NCBI RefSeq assembly: GCF_024700885.2
Contig: NZ_CP117016.1
Strand: one strand, 5' to 3'
Source: Escherichia coli
GTDB taxonomy: Bacteria > Pseudomonadota > Gammaproteobacteria > Enterobacterales > Enterobacteriaceae
Length of the DNA: 64,000 nt
The notes under the pieces were generated by a model. The model was not told the DNA's origin. It searched no databases and saw nothing but the letters and a program-made list of their open reading frames with translations. Both the position numbers and the translations under genes were made by a program. Below, one piece after another: positions 1 to 9,741 of the stretch (within the stretch, counting starts at the first letter, position 1; each line of letters opens with the position of its first letter).

Positions 1-222
1 GTACTTTCGGTAGAAGCAACAAATTGGAATCTTGGGAATAAGGATGGTTATCAGCAACGCGCAAAAACAGCAGCATTCCCTGCGGGAAATAGCTGGCATG
101 ACGTAAGACTGGATAATCAACAACATATTGATAAGGCACTTCCAGGAAGAATAGAACGTCGCTGCCGTGATGTTATGCGGATAATGCTACCGCTGGTGAA
201 GGAGCTGGCGAAGGCGTCTTGA
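1..222 (+). CDS. iap: 3' end (last 73 codons) of an M28-family aminopeptidase gene, probably iap; 5' part lies upstream of the window
   Basis: Frame 1 is open from position 1 to TGA at 220-222, giving ...VLSVEATNWNLGNKDGYQQRAKTAAFPAGNSWHDVRLDNQQHIDKALPGRIERRCRDVMRIMLPLVKELAKAS*. The WHD..D motif resembles the C-terminus of M28 peptidases such as Iap. Identity is by recall, not search. Confidence 0.55.
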   Translation, partial: VLSVEATNWNLGNKDGYQQRAKTAAFPAGNSWHDVRLDNQQHIDKALPGRIERRCRDVMRIMLPLVKELAKAS

Positions 223-323
223 TGGGTTTGAAATGATTACTCCCTTGCCTGCAGGAAATCAATGCCACCAGAAACAGAGTATAAAAAAGGGGTGCAGGAG
301 GCCAAACTTTAACAATTCAATAC

Positions 324-342
324 GCGGGGTTTTACCCCCGCG
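324..342 (-). terminator. GC-rich hairpin (CGCGGGG-loop-CCCCGCG) 6 nt downstream of hokX stop; putative hok mRNA terminator
   Basis: Perfect 7-bp GC stem read directly; on the minus strand it is followed by the U-containing tract GUAUUGAAUUGUU. Confidence 0.5.
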
Positions 343-348
343 TGGTGG

Positions 349-501
349 CTACTTCTTCGATTCGTAAGCGAGAACTGCCTTAAACTCCATACCACGTTCT
401 CTGATACTCAACTCACACAACGAGTCGCCTACCATCAGCGTGAATCCCAGTACTGTACAACACAGTACGATGATTGCCACAAGGGCATATTTTGTCAGCA
501 T
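349..501 (-). CDS. hokX: Hok/Gef-family type I toxin (50 aa), hokX-like
   Basis: Minus-strand ORF not in the ORF track (under 60 aa): [50 protein letters not shown]. Hydrophobic N-terminal helix plus the C..E..R.G..E.A...YES signature of Hok proteins; GGAGG 7 nt upstream of ATG; stop TAG at 349-351. Confidence 0.75.
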   Translation of the reverse strand: MLTKYALVAIIVLCCTVLGFTLMVGDSLCELSIRERGMEFKAVLAYESKK

Positions 502-765
502 GTCTTGCCTCCCTGCAAAGAAGAGACTAACATTCGAATTGCTTAGGTTCGAACGCTGGCCTCAGGTTGATAGAAATATCGCCTGGGGCTTTTGTCCATC
601 TGGAACCTCGCGAATGCTTAACGCCAGACAGCCTCAAGCACCCAACTCCATTCTATACCTGTTAATTCTCCCTGCGATGTTCACCTTTAAATGCCGGAAT
701 GCTGCTCGCAAAATAAAAACGCCCCCATCATTTCTGACAGAGGCGTTTAATTTATCCGGCAATAT

Positions 766-1500
766 TTACCCTTCGTGTAACCCACATTCCCTTTTTAAGC
801 CAAAGAAACGCGTTTCTTCTTCCGCCATGCCGGGTTCCCATTTACGGGTTGTATGGGTATCGCCCACCGATAAATATCCTTCGTCCCATAATGGGTGATA
901 TTTCAGGCCATGTTTTTGCAGGTACTGATAAATAGTTCGGTTATCCCAGTCGATAATCGGCAGCACTTTAAATACGCCACGCTGAATTGCCAGCACCGGT
1001 AAATTGGCGCGGCTGCCGGATTGTTCACGGCGCAGGCCAGCAAACCAGGTTTGCGCGTTAAGTTCTTTCAGCGCCCGGTTCATCGGTTCGACTTTGTTGA
1101 TGTCATTGTACTTTTCAATGCCTTCAACGCCCTGCTCCCACAGTTTGCCGTAGCGCGCTTCCTGCCAGGCGGCGCTTTCGGTAGCGCGGTACACTTTCAG
1201 GTTGAGCTTGAGTTTGTCCGTTAACTCGTCAATAAAGCGGTAGGTTTCCGGGAACAGATAACCCGTATCGGTCAGGATCACCGGGATATCCGGGTGAATC
1301 TGATTCACCAGATGCAGGCTCACCGCCGCCTGAATGCCGAAACTGGAAGAAAGTACATATTCACCGGGCAGATTATCCAGCGCCCAGGCAACGCGGCCTT
1401 CAGCATCCAGTTTTTCCAGTTCGGCGTTAGTTTCTGCCAGCGCCAGAATGCGATCTACCTTCGGCAGTTCGTTCAGGGCGTTTAGATCGAGTTTGGACAT
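766..1500 (-). CDS. cysH: phosphoadenosine phosphosulfate (PAPS) reductase
   Basis: ORF 766..1653 trimmed to internal ATG at 1500 (244 aa, [25 protein letters not shown]...); recognisable CysH sequence; first gene of the cysJIH arrangement read 3' to 5'. Confidence 0.95.
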   Translation of the reverse strand: MSKLDLNALNELPKVDRILALAETNAELEKLDAEGRVAWALDNLPGEYVLSSSFGIQAAVSLHLVNQIHPDIPVILTDTGYLFPETYRFIDELTDKLKLNLKVYRATESAAWQEARYGKLWEQGVEGIEKYNDINKVEPMNRALKELNAQTWFAGLRREQSGSRANLPVLAIQRGVFKVLPIIDWDNRTIYQYLQKHGLKYHPLWDEGYLSVGDTHTTRKWEPGMAEEETRFFGLKRECGLHEG

Positions 1501-1521
1501 AGATTCCTCACTGTTTGCCTT

Positions 1522-1558
1522 GCCTGATGCGACGCTCACGCGTCTTATCAGGCCTACA
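1522..1558. repeat. REP (repetitive extragenic palindrome) in cysI-cysH intergenic region
   Basis: GCCTGATGCGACGCTCACGCGTCTTATCAGGCCTACA, the typical E. coli REP palindrome. Confidence 0.7.
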
Positions 1559-1573
1559 AGACCGGGCTGATGG

Positions 1574-3286
1574 TTAATCCCACAAATCGCGCGCCGGATC
1601 GAGCACCGGGCGAATGATGCCCGCACGCACCGTAAAGTCGCCGAAGCCTTCACCCGCTTCGCGCTCTTTCGCCCAGCGCCCTATCAGTTCATCAAGCGAC
1701 GCCAGGATTTCCGGCTCGGTGATGTTTTCTTTATACATCCGTGGGATACGTGTCCCAATGCGGTTGCCGCCAAGATGCAGGTTGTAGCGACCCGGCGCTT
1801 TCCCCACCAGACCCACTTCCGCCAGCATCGCGCGACCACAACCGTTCGGGCAGCCTGTTACACGCATCACGATATGCTCATCGCTGACACCATGTTTCGC
1901 CATTAAATTATCGATGTTGTCGATAAAAGACGGCAGGAAACGCTCCGCTTCCGCCATCGCCAGCGGGCAAGTCGGGAATGACACGCAGGCCATTGAGTTT
2001 TCACGTTGCGGCGTGACGGCATTCATTAACCCGCTTTCTTTGGCGATCTTATCGATCTTCGCTTTCTCGCTTTCCGGCACTCCGGCGATGATCAGATTCT
2101 GGTTCGCCGTAATGCGGAAATCACCTTTGTGGATCTTCGCGATCTCCAGCAGGCCGGTTTTCAGCGGACGCCCAGGATAATCAAGGATACGACCATTTTC
2201 GATAAACAGCGTCAGATGCCAGTTATCATCAATGCCCTTAACCCAGCCAATACGATCGCCGCGTCCGGTGAACTCATACGGGCGGATCGGTTCAAATTTG
2301 ATCCCCGCGCGACGTTCAACTTCCGCTTTAAACGTCTCAACCCCTACGCGCTCCAGCGTGTATTTGGTTTTGGCATTTTTACGATCGGTTCGGTTACCCC
2401 AGTCGCGCTGAGTCGTCACGACGGCTTCTGCCACCGCCAGCGTATGCTCCAGCGGCAGATAACCAAACTCACTCGCCGTGCGGGCATAGGTTTTCTTGTT
2501 GCCGTGCTCGATGGAAAGCCCACCGCCCACCAGCAGGTTAAAGCCCACCAGCTTGCCGTTTTCGGCGATCGCCACGAAGTTCATGTCGTTGGCGTGCAGA
2601 TCGATATCGTTCTGCGGCGGGATCACTACCGTGGTTTTGAACTTACGCGGCAGGTAGGTCTGACCAAGGATCGGCTCTTCATCAGTAGTGGCGACTTTTT
2701 CCTGATCGAGCCAGATCTCCGCATACGCGCGGGTACGTGGCAGCAGATGTTCAGAGATTTTCTTCGCCCATTCATATGCTTCCGCGTGCAACTGCGACTC
2801 GTAAGGGTTCGAAGTGCACAGCACGTTACGGTTCATATCGTTGGCGGTCGCCAGCGCATCAAGACCGACCGAGTGCAGCATCTGGTGCACCGGTTTGACG
2901 TTCTTTTTCAGAATGCCGTGGAACTGGAACGTCTGGCGGTTGGTCAGGCGAATGCTGCCATAGATGGTGTTTTCACCGGCAAATTTATCGATCGCCTGCC
3001 ACTGTTTGGTGGTAATCACCCCACCCGGCAGACGACAGCGCAACAGCATTGCATGACGTGGCTCCAGCTTCTGTTCAGCACGTTCGGCGCGGATGTCGCG
3101 GTCATCCTGCTGATACATGCCGTGGAAGCGGATCAGCAGGAAGTTATCGCCCTTAAAGCCGCCGGTCAGACCGTCGTTTAAATCTTCCGCAATGGTGCCG
3201 CGCAGGTAGTTGCTTTCAAGCTTCATGCGCTCGGCGTCTGTCAGTTTTCCTTCGACCACTAAAGGCCCTGGATGTTTTTCGCTCAT
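1574..3286 (-). CDS. cysI: sulfite reductase hemoprotein (beta) subunit
   Basis: 570-aa [25 protein letters not shown]...; siroheme/4Fe-4S Cys motifs near the C-terminus ([25 protein letters not shown]). Confidence 0.95.
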   Translation of the reverse strand: MSEKHPGPLVVEGKLTDAERMKLESNYLRGTIAEDLNDGLTGGFKGDNFLLIRFHGMYQQDDRDIRAERAEQKLEPRHAMLLRCRLPGGVITTKQWQAIDKFAGENTIYGSIRLTNRQTFQFHGILKKNVKPVHQMLHSVGLDALATANDMNRNVLCTSNPYESQLHAEAYEWAKKISEHLLPRTRAYAEIWLDQEKVATTDEEPILGQTYLPRKFKTTVVIPPQNDIDLHANDMNFVAIAENGKLVGFNLLVGGGLSIEHGNKKTYARTASEFGYLPLEHTLAVAEAVVTTQRDWGNRTDRKNAKTKYTLERVGVETFKAEVERRAGIKFEPIRPYEFTGRGDRIGWVKGIDDNWHLTLFIENGRILDYPGRPLKTGLLEIAKIHKGDFRITANQNLIIAGVPESEKAKIDKIAKESGLMNAVTPQRENSMACVSFPTCPLAMAEAERFLPSFIDNIDNLMAKHGVSDEHIVMRVTGCPNGCGRAMLAEVGLVGKAPGRYNLHLGGNRIGTRIPRMYKENITEPEILASLDELIGRWAKEREAGEGFGDFTVRAGIIRPVLDPARDLWD

Positions 3287-5085
3287 TAGTAGACATCTCG
3301 CTGATAACGGCGCTCTACGCGCAGCTCACTTAAAAATTCATCCGCCGCTTCGGTGTCCATGCCACCAAATTCGGCAATCACTTCCAGAAGTGCCTGCTCA
3401 ACGTCTTTCGCCATGCGATTAGCGTCGCCGCAGACATAAATGTGGGCACCGTCATTGATCCAGCGCCACAGCTCCGCGCCCTGTTCGCGCAGTTTGTCTT
3501 GTACATAAACTTTTTCTTTTTGGTCGCGCGACCAGGCAAGATCGATGCGGCTCAATACGCCTTCTTTCACGTAGCGCTGCCACTCCACCTGGTAGAGGAA
3601 ATCTTCCGTAAAGTGCGGGTTGCCAAAGAACAGCCAGTTTTTACCTGGCGCTTCGTCAGCGGCGCGTTGCTGCATAAAGGCGCGGAACGGCGCGATGCCG
3701 GTGCCTGGGCCAATCATAATCACCGGGGTTTCCGGGTTGGCTGGCAGGCGGAAGTTATCGTTATGTTCGATAAAGACGCGGACTTCGCCCTCTTCTTCCA
3801 CGCGATCCGCGAGGAAGCTGGAGGCACCACCGGCACGGGCTCGGCCTTCCACGTCGTAACGCACCACACCAACGGTGACATGTACTTCGTTCTCGACTTC
3901 CGCCTGCGAGGAGGCGATGGAATACAGGCGCGGGGTCAGCGGGCGCAGCAGGTTAATCAGCGCTTCGGCATCCAGTTGCGCCGGAGAGAAACGCACCATG
4001 TCAACAATCGGCGTGGTCGCGGCGTAATGCTGTAACTTCGCTTTATCGCCCACCAGCGGCAGCAGCGTTTCGCTGCGGGTAAGCGTGGCGTAGTTCTCAA
4101 CAATATTCGCGGTGTTGACGGTGAGTTCAAAGTGCCACTGGAGCGCTTCGCTCAGGGTCAGCGTTTTGCCCTCAACGGTGACAGGTTCATCGCCTTTCAG
4201 CCACAGCAGTTCGACAAGTTCTTTCACCAGTGCCGGATCGTTCTGATACCAGATGCCCAGCGCGTCACCCGGCTGATAACGCAGGCCAGAGTCACCTAAG
4301 TCAATTTCGATATGGCGAACGTCTTTTTCAGAGTTACGCCCGGTAATTTTCTGGTTAACCGAAAGGCTCGCCACCAGCGGCGCGTCTTTGCTGTACGGGC
4401 TGGTGTGGATTTCATTTACCGCGCCAGTAGCGACGGATTGCGAAGGTGCCGCGACAGGCGCACGGGACTTCAGAACATCAACCACGCGGGCGCGCCACTC
4501 GCTGGCAGCAGCCTGGTATTCAACGTCGGCATCGACACGGTCGAGCAGGCGTTCACCGCCCAGTTCCGCCAGCTTGCTGTCAAAATCTTTCCCGGACTGG
4601 CAGAAAAATTCATAAGAGCTATCGCCGAGGCTAAACACGGCAAATGCAGTGTTTTCCAGCTTTGGCGCTTTTTTGGAGAACAGGAACTTATGCAGCGCGA
4701 CGGCTTCTTCCGGCGGTTCCCCTTCCCCTTGCGTTGACGTCACCACGATGAGCAGTTTTTCGCTGGCGATTTGTTTGAATTTATAGTCGCCCGCGTTCAC
4801 CAGCTTAACGTTCAGTTTTGCCGCTAATAAATCATCGCGTAATGCTTCAGCAACCCGGCGCGCATTGCCGGTTTGCGAAGCGGAGATAATAGTTATACCC
4901 GGCATTTCTGCGGCGGGCGCAGGCGTCGCTGCAAGCGCTGCAGGCTGCTGGTTGAGTACGCCCCAGAAATAGCCAGAAACCCAGGCAAGCTGGGTGGGAG
5001 TTAAATCGGTCGTGGCCGCCTGAAGGCGTGCCAGTTGCTCCGGGTTCAACGGAAGCAACGCGGAAGGTGGGACCTGTGTCGTCAT
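3286..5085 (-). CDS. cysJ: sulfite reductase flavoprotein (alpha) subunit
   Basis: 599-aa [25 protein letters not shown]...; flavodoxin-like plus FAD/NADPH reductase domains; stop overlaps cysI start. Confidence 0.95.
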   Translation of the reverse strand: MTTQVPPSALLPLNPEQLARLQAATTDLTPTQLAWVSGYFWGVLNQQPAALAATPAPAAEMPGITIISASQTGNARRVAEALRDDLLAAKLNVKLVNAGDYKFKQIASEKLLIVVTSTQGEGEPPEEAVALHKFLFSKKAPKLENTAFAVFSLGDSSYEFFCQSGKDFDSKLAELGGERLLDRVDADVEYQAAASEWRARVVDVLKSRAPVAAPSQSVATGAVNEIHTSPYSKDAPLVASLSVNQKITGRNSEKDVRHIEIDLGDSGLRYQPGDALGIWYQNDPALVKELVELLWLKGDEPVTVEGKTLTLSEALQWHFELTVNTANIVENYATLTRSETLLPLVGDKAKLQHYAATTPIVDMVRFSPAQLDAEALINLLRPLTPRLYSIASSQAEVENEVHVTVGVVRYDVEGRARAGGASSFLADRVEEEGEVRVFIEHNDNFRLPANPETPVIMIGPGTGIAPFRAFMQQRAADEAPGKNWLFFGNPHFTEDFLYQVEWQRYVKEGVLSRIDLAWSRDQKEKVYVQDKLREQGAELWRWINDGAHIYVCGDANRMAKDVEQALLEVIAEFGGMDTEAADEFLSELRVERRYQRDVY

Positions 5086-5400
5086 GCGTCGTTATGTTCC
5101 AGTAAGCAAAGCTGTTTCTGCGCCCTGTCAGCGCCCATAAAACAGAAGAGAAGGTAAGGTTAACGGGGTGAACGGTGTGGATTAAAGACGGGATAGCGAT
5201 AACTAATAACCAAATCGACTAACCTGTTTTAGCAATAGTCTTTAACAACAAAACAGATTAACCAACCCAATGAAAAACAAATGAAATTAGCCAATCATTA
5301 AGATAAATTAGCGATTTTGCGCAACAAAGTCGTTTTAGATAATGCGAAAAAACAGCCTTTCCGGTACTCTACGGCGGTTTTATCGTCCTGTAGAGAAATT

Positions 5401-5766
5401 ATGATGTCCACCACGTTATTTAAAGATTTCACCTTCGAAGCCGCTCACCGCTTACCACACGTCCCGGAAGGGCATAAATGTGGTCGCCTGCACGGGCATT
5501 CCTTTATGGTGCGACTGGAAATTACCGGGGAAGTCGATCCGCATACGGGCTGGATTATCGATTTCGCTGAACTGAAAGCGGCGTTTAAGCCAACTTATGA
5601 GCGCCTCGATCACCATTATCTCAATGATATTCCAGGTCTGGAAAACCCAACCAGCGAAGTTTTAGCAAAATGGATTTGGGATCAGGTTAAACCGGTTGTT
5701 CCGCTGTTAAGTGCGGTTATGGTGAAAGAAACCTGCACCGCAGGTTGCATCTATCGCGGCGAATGA
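5401..5766 (+). CDS. queD: 6-carboxy-5,6,7,8-tetrahydropterin synthase (queuosine pathway)
   Basis: ORF 5317..5766 trimmed to ATG at 5401 (121 aa, [35 protein letters not shown]...); PTPS-family motifs. Confidence 0.9.
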   Translation: MMSTTLFKDFTFEAAHRLPHVPEGHKCGRLHGHSFMVRLEITGEVDPHTGWIIDFAELKAAFKPTYERLDHHYLNDIPGLENPTSEVLAKWIWDQVKPVVPLLSAVMVKETCTAGCIYRGE

Positions 5767-5843
5767 TAAGAGTGTGTCGGCGGTCAATTTCCCTTAAGTA
5801 ACGCTATGTTAGGGTGTTGCGCTCTGGATATATGGGGCACGAC

Positions 5844-7115
5844 ATGGAAGACGACTGCGACATTATTATTATCGGTGCCGGCATTGCGGGCACCGCTTGT
5901 GCGTTACGCTGCGCGCGGGCAGGTTTATCCGTTCTGTTACTGGAACGTGCTGAAACCCCTGGCAGCAAAAATCTTTCTGGCGGGCGTTTATACACCCATG
6001 CGCTCGCGGAACTCCTCCCGCAATTTCATCTGACCGCGCCTCTTGAACGACGCATCACTCACGAAAGCCTTTCCCTGTTAACGCCGGATGGCGCAACGAC
6101 GTTTTCCAGCTTACAGCCCGGCGGAGAATCCTGGAGCGTATTACGTGCACGGTTCGATCCGTGGCTGGTTGCCGAAGCCGAAAAAGAAGGTGTCGAATGC
6201 ATCCCTGGTGCGACGGTGGATGCGCTGTATGAAGAAAACGGCAGGGTGTGTGGTGTCATTTGTGGTGACGATATTCTCCGCGCCCGTTATGTGGTGCTGG
6301 CAGAAGGTGCCAACAGCGTCCTGGCTGAGCGTCACGGGTTAGTGACTCGTCCTGCTGGCGAAGCGATGGCGTTGGGGATCAAAGAAGTGCTGGCGCTGGA
6401 AACATCCGCTATTGAAGAACGTTTTCATCTGGAGAATAACGAAGGCGCAGCGTTGCTGTTCAGCGGCGGAATCTGTGATGACTTACCCGGCGGCGCATTT
6501 CTTTATACTAATCAACAAACGCTCTCGTTAGGGATTGTTTGCCCGCTCTCTTCACTTACGCAAAGTCGTGTTCCAGCAAGCGAGCTGCTGGCTCGCTTTA
6601 AAACGCATCCGGCAGTGCACCCGCTTATCAAAAACACGGAATCACTGGAGTATGGTGCGCATCTGGTGCCAGAAGGTGGCTTGCACAGTATGCCAGTGCA
6701 ATACGCCGGTAACGGCTGGCTGCTGGTGGGCGATGCGTTGCGCAGTTGCGTCAATACCGGAATTTCCGTGCGCGGTATGGATATGGCGCTGGCTGGCGCA
6801 CAGGCGGCGGCACAAACGCTGATAAGCGCCTGCCTGCACCGCGAGCCGCAAAATCTGTTTCCGCTTTATCATCACAACGTCGAGCGCAGCCTGCTATGGG
6901 ATGTTCTACAACGTTATCAGCATGTTCCGGCGCTTTTGCAACGACCTGGCTGGTATCGGGCGTGGCCTGCGTTAATGCAGGATATTTCCCGTGATTTATG
7001 GGATCAGGGTGATAAACCTGTTCCGCCGCTGCGCCAGTTATTCTGGCGTCATTTACGTCGTCACGGCCTGTGGCATCTGGCGGGCGATGTTATCAGGAGT
7101 CTGCGATGTCTGTAG
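5844..7115 (+). CDS. ygcN: FAD-dependent oxidoreductase, FixC/ETF-QO-like
   Basis: ORF trimmed to ATG at 5844 (423 aa); N-terminal dinucleotide-binding motif DIIIIGAGIAG. Confidence 0.85.
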   Translation: MEDDCDIIIIGAGIAGTACALRCARAGLSVLLLERAETPGSKNLSGGRLYTHALAELLPQFHLTAPLERRITHESLSLLTPDGATTFSSLQPGGESWSVLRARFDPWLVAEAEKEGVECIPGATVDALYEENGRVCGVICGDDILRARYVVLAEGANSVLAERHGLVTRPAGEAMALGIKEVLALETSAIEERFHLENNEGAALLFSGGICDDLPGGAFLYTNQQTLSLGIVCPLSSLTQSRVPASELLARFKTHPAVHPLIKNTESLEYGAHLVPEGGLHSMPVQYAGNGWLLVGDALRSCVNTGISVRGMDMALAGAQAAAQTLISACLHREPQNLFPLYHHNVERSLLWDVLQRYQHVPALLQRPGWYRAWPALMQDISRDLWDQGDKPVPPLRQLFWRHLRRHGLWHLAGDVIRSLRCL

Positions 7116-7366
7116 CCCGTAATCTCTGGCGCGTTGCCGATGCGCCGCACATTGTTCCGGCTGACTCCGTTGAGCGCCAGACGGTACAACGGTTGATTAA
7201 CGCTTGTCCGGCTGGTCTTTTTTCGCTCACACCGGAAGGTGATTTACGCGTTGATTATCGCGGCTGCCTGGAGTGTGGCACCTGCCGTTTGCTGTGCGAC
7301 GAATCAACACTACAACAGTGGCGCTATCCGCCTTCCGGATTCGGCATCACCTACCGTTTTGGATAA
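7106..7366 (+). CDS. ygcO: ferredoxin-like protein, FixX-like
   Basis: ORF 7070..7366 trimmed to ATG at 7106 (86 aa, MSVARNLWRV...); Cys cluster CLECGTCRLLC; overlaps ygcN end by 10 nt. Confidence 0.8.
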   Translation: MSVARNLWRVADAPHIVPADSVERQTVQRLINACPAGLFSLTPEGDLRVDYRGCLECGTCRLLCDESTLQQWRYPPSGFGITYRFG

Positions 7367-7382
7367 ATAATAAGGATAATTT

Positions 7383-7958
7383 ATGCCCCTCTTACACCTG
7401 CTCCGCCAGAATCCGGTGATTGCTGCCGTTAAAGATAATGCCAGCCTGCAACTGGCAATCGACTCTGAATGCCAGTTTATTTCCGTGTTGTACGGCAATA
7501 TCTGCACCATTAGTCAAATCGTTAAAAAGATTAAAAATGCCGGAAAATATGCTTTTATTCATGTTGATTTGCTGGAAGGCGCGTCAAATAAAGAAGTGGT
7601 GATTCAGTTTTTGAAACTGGTGACAGAGGCGGACGGAATTATCAGTACCAAAGCCTCAATGCTGAAAGCAGCAAGAGCGGAAGGTTTTTTCTGTATTCAT
7701 CGCCTGTTTATTGTTGATTCAATTTCGTTTCACAACATTGATAAGCAAGTTGCGCAATCGAATCCGGATTGTATTGAGATCCTGCCAGGCTGTATGCCCA
7801 AAGTGCTGGGCTGGGTGACGGAGAAAATCCGCCAACCGCTGATTGCTGGCGGGCTGGTGTGCGATGAAGAAGATGCGCGTAATGCGATTAACGCAGGTGT
7901 CGTGGCGCTTTCCACCACGAATACCGGGGTCTGGACGCTAGCGAAAAAATTGCTTTGA
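7383..7958 (+). CDS. ygcP: GlpP-family (glycerol-3-phosphate-responsive type) transcription antiterminator-like protein
   Basis: 191-aa ORF, MPLLHLLRQNPVIAAVKDNASLQLAIDSECQFISVLYG...; AAGGA SD upstream; family assignment by recall. Confidence 0.8.
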   Translation: MPLLHLLRQNPVIAAVKDNASLQLAIDSECQFISVLYGNICTISQIVKKIKNAGKYAFIHVDLLEGASNKEVVIQFLKLVTEADGIISTKASMLKAARAEGFFCIHRLFIVDSISFHNIDKQVAQSNPDCIEILPGCMPKVLGWVTEKIRQPLIAGGLVCDEEDARNAINAGVVALSTTNTGVWTLAKKLL

Positions 7959-7993
7959 CGGGATAATCGTAACGAATTGAATTTGTGTGATTT

Positions 7994-8100
7994 GTAGGCT
8001 GCACGCCACATCCGACATTCAGCGCCTGATGCGACGCTTGACGCGTCTTATCAGGCCTACAAGTCCCCAGCCCAGAACCGTAGGCAGGATCATCCGGCAA
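7994..8100. repeat. REP/BIME cluster between convergent ygcP and ygcQ
   Basis: Contains GCCTGATGCGACGCTTGACGCGTCTTATCAGGCCTAC (8024-8059) plus flanking REP-like GTAGGC palindromes. Confidence 0.7.
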
Positions 8101-8104
8101 CACG

Positions 8105-8965
8105 TTATTGGCAATCTGCGTGAATGTTTGTCACCAGTGCCTCCAGCACCACTTTCCAGTCATCAACCACGCCAACATCTGCCTGTGAAAATACCGCTGC
8201 GCTGGCGTCATGATTAATCGCCACCACAAACTTGCTATTGCGTACGCCCGCCATTAACGCTGCTGCGCCGGAAGCGCCAACAACAATACACACCTCAGGT
8301 GCCAGCAGATGTCCGGAAATACCAATCACTTTTTCAGCATCAACGCCACCGTTCATCACTCGCGCCCGACTGTAGCCCACTTCGGCTCCCAGCTTTTCTG
8401 CCAGCATAGCGATTTCCTGGTTATCTGCCTCTCCGCCCTGCCCCACCACCAGCACCCGTCTGGCTTCAGCTAATGGGTCGCGGGTAACATTTTTCAGGTT
8501 TTCTATGCTAACCAGCCAGTCGGGAAGCGCACCTGGGACAATGTTCAGTTGCTGCATACCAGAGGGCAACGTGGCGTTTTTATCTGCTCCCGCCTGACGT
8601 GCCAGCGAAAGGCATAGCGGGCGTTTTTCTGTTTGCAGCGTCGCCGTTAGCGCATTTCCCCAGTGGGATTTGCGCACGCTTACGGTTGGAATATCTAACG
8701 AAGTCACCTGGCAGATGCTTGCACCATGTAAACGCCAGGCCAGCCGGGTCGACAGTTCATCGCCAAACGTTCCCGGCGGAAAGAGAACAACGTCCGCTGG
8801 CGTTCGCTGCCACTGTTCCACCAGCGCATCCAGCACCTGTTCCGCCACTACGGGCTGAGGTTCAATATGCCAGTGTGCCAGGGTACAACCGCTGAAATCC
8901 TGTTCTGCCAGCCAGCTCGCTATTGCGGCATTCTCCTGATTTATTGTCACAATTGCGATATTCAT
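8105..8965 (-). CDS. ygcQ: electron transfer flavoprotein alpha-subunit-like protein (FixB-like)
   Basis: ORF 8105..8998 trimmed to ATG at 8965 (286 aa, MNIAIVTINQENAAIASWL...). Confidence 0.85.
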   Translation of the reverse strand: MNIAIVTINQENAAIASWLAEQDFSGCTLAHWHIEPQPVVAEQVLDALVEQWQRTPADVVLFPPGTFGDELSTRLAWRLHGASICQVTSLDIPTVSVRKSHWGNALTATLQTEKRPLCLSLARQAGADKNATLPSGMQQLNIVPGALPDWLVSIENLKNVTRDPLAEARRVLVVGQGGEADNQEIAMLAEKLGAEVGYSRARVMNGGVDAEKVIGISGHLLAPEVCIVVGASGAAALMAGVRNSKFVVAINHDASAAVFSQADVGVVDDWKVVLEALVTNIHADCQ

Positions 8966-9741
8966 GGCTGCATCCTTTGGCGTAAATAGTCCTGCCATAG
9001 CTTTTGCGCTTTTTCTGCTACCGTTTGCCCATCAATCAGCGTCGCTCCGCGTTGTTGCTCTGCTCTTGCCAGTTGCAGACACTGCATCGCTGGCGATTCG
9101 GCAGCAACAGTTTTACGGATAATTTCTGCTTTCCCCGCCGCCATACGCTGGCGCATTCCCGGTACTGGCAAGGCCACTTCACCGCACTGACGCACGGCAA
9201 TCACCGCAGGCAAGCGAACCCGGCAACAGCGCAGCCCGTTTTCAGTACGCTGTTCGAGGGTGATAAACGGCGCGTCGAGAGTAAAACGCTCCACCTGGGT
9301 GAAGCAGGGCCAGCCCAGCATTTCCGCCAGCAAAAATGGCGTTTGCCCATTCTGCCCTTCGCTGCTTTGGCAGCCGGTAATTATCAGATCCAGCGGATTC
9401 TGACGCTGCCATTCGGCAATATGGCGAGCGACAAATTCCGGCGCAAAGCGCAGATCTGCCGCCGTCTCCAGCAATACAGCTTCCTCAAACCCAAGCGCCA
9501 TGAGATAGCGCAGCCAGTGCAACGCCCGTTCATCCCCCATGCTCAACGCGGTTAAGGACATCGACGTACCGTTTTTTCTCTGCGCCAACAGCAGCGCGGC
9601 GGCAGCCTGTTCATCAGCACCGAGTAAACTTCGCAGAAGCGAAACATCCGGTCCGCTATTACCCTGAGCCGCCGCCTGCCACTCTTTTTCCGCCAGCATT
9701 CCGGCATCCGGTTCGGCTTTAAACGCTAACAGAATGTTCAT
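8962..9741 (-). CDS. ygcR: electron transfer flavoprotein beta-subunit-like protein (FixA-like)
   Basis: ORF 8962..9747 (GTG-initiated in the track) trimmed to ATG at 9741 (259 aa, MNILLAFKAEPDAG...); stop overlaps ygcQ start by 4 nt. Confidence 0.85.
   Translation of the reverse strand: MNILLAFKAEPDAGMLAEKEWQAAAQGNSGPDVSLLRSLLGADEQAAAALLLAQRKNGTSMSLTALSMGDERALHWLRYLMALGFEEAVLLETAADLRFAPEFVARHIAEWQRQNPLDLIITGCQSSEGQNGQTPFLLAEMLGWPCFTQVERFTLDAPFITLEQRTENGLRCCRVRLPAVIAVRQCGEVALPVPGMRQRMAAGKAEIIRKTVAAESPAMQCLQLARAEQQRGATLIDGQTVAEKAQKLWQDYLRQRMQP

Noticed and set aside
1-300. Expected the 5' end of cas3 on the minus strand here (K-12 arrangement downstream of cysH).
   Set aside because: The minus-strand frames are interrupted by stops (for example TAG at 197-199), while plus frame 1 is open from position 1 to 222 and encodes a peptidase-like C-terminus; no Cas3-like sequence is present.
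440-898. 152-aa plus-strand ORF from the ORF track.
   Set aside because: It overlaps the hok leader region and runs antisense through the 3' end of cysH; no recognisable protein features; most likely a shadow ORF.
2129-3181. 350-aa plus-strand ORF inside cysI. Similar long antisense ORFs occur at 11044-12168 (within ygcU), 19069-20298 (within eno), 41528-42511 (within sdaB) and 48067-48816 (within fucI).
   Set aside because: They are antisense to highly conserved, recognisable genes and have low-complexity Arg/Gln/His-rich composition typical of shadow ORFs in GC-rich coding DNA.
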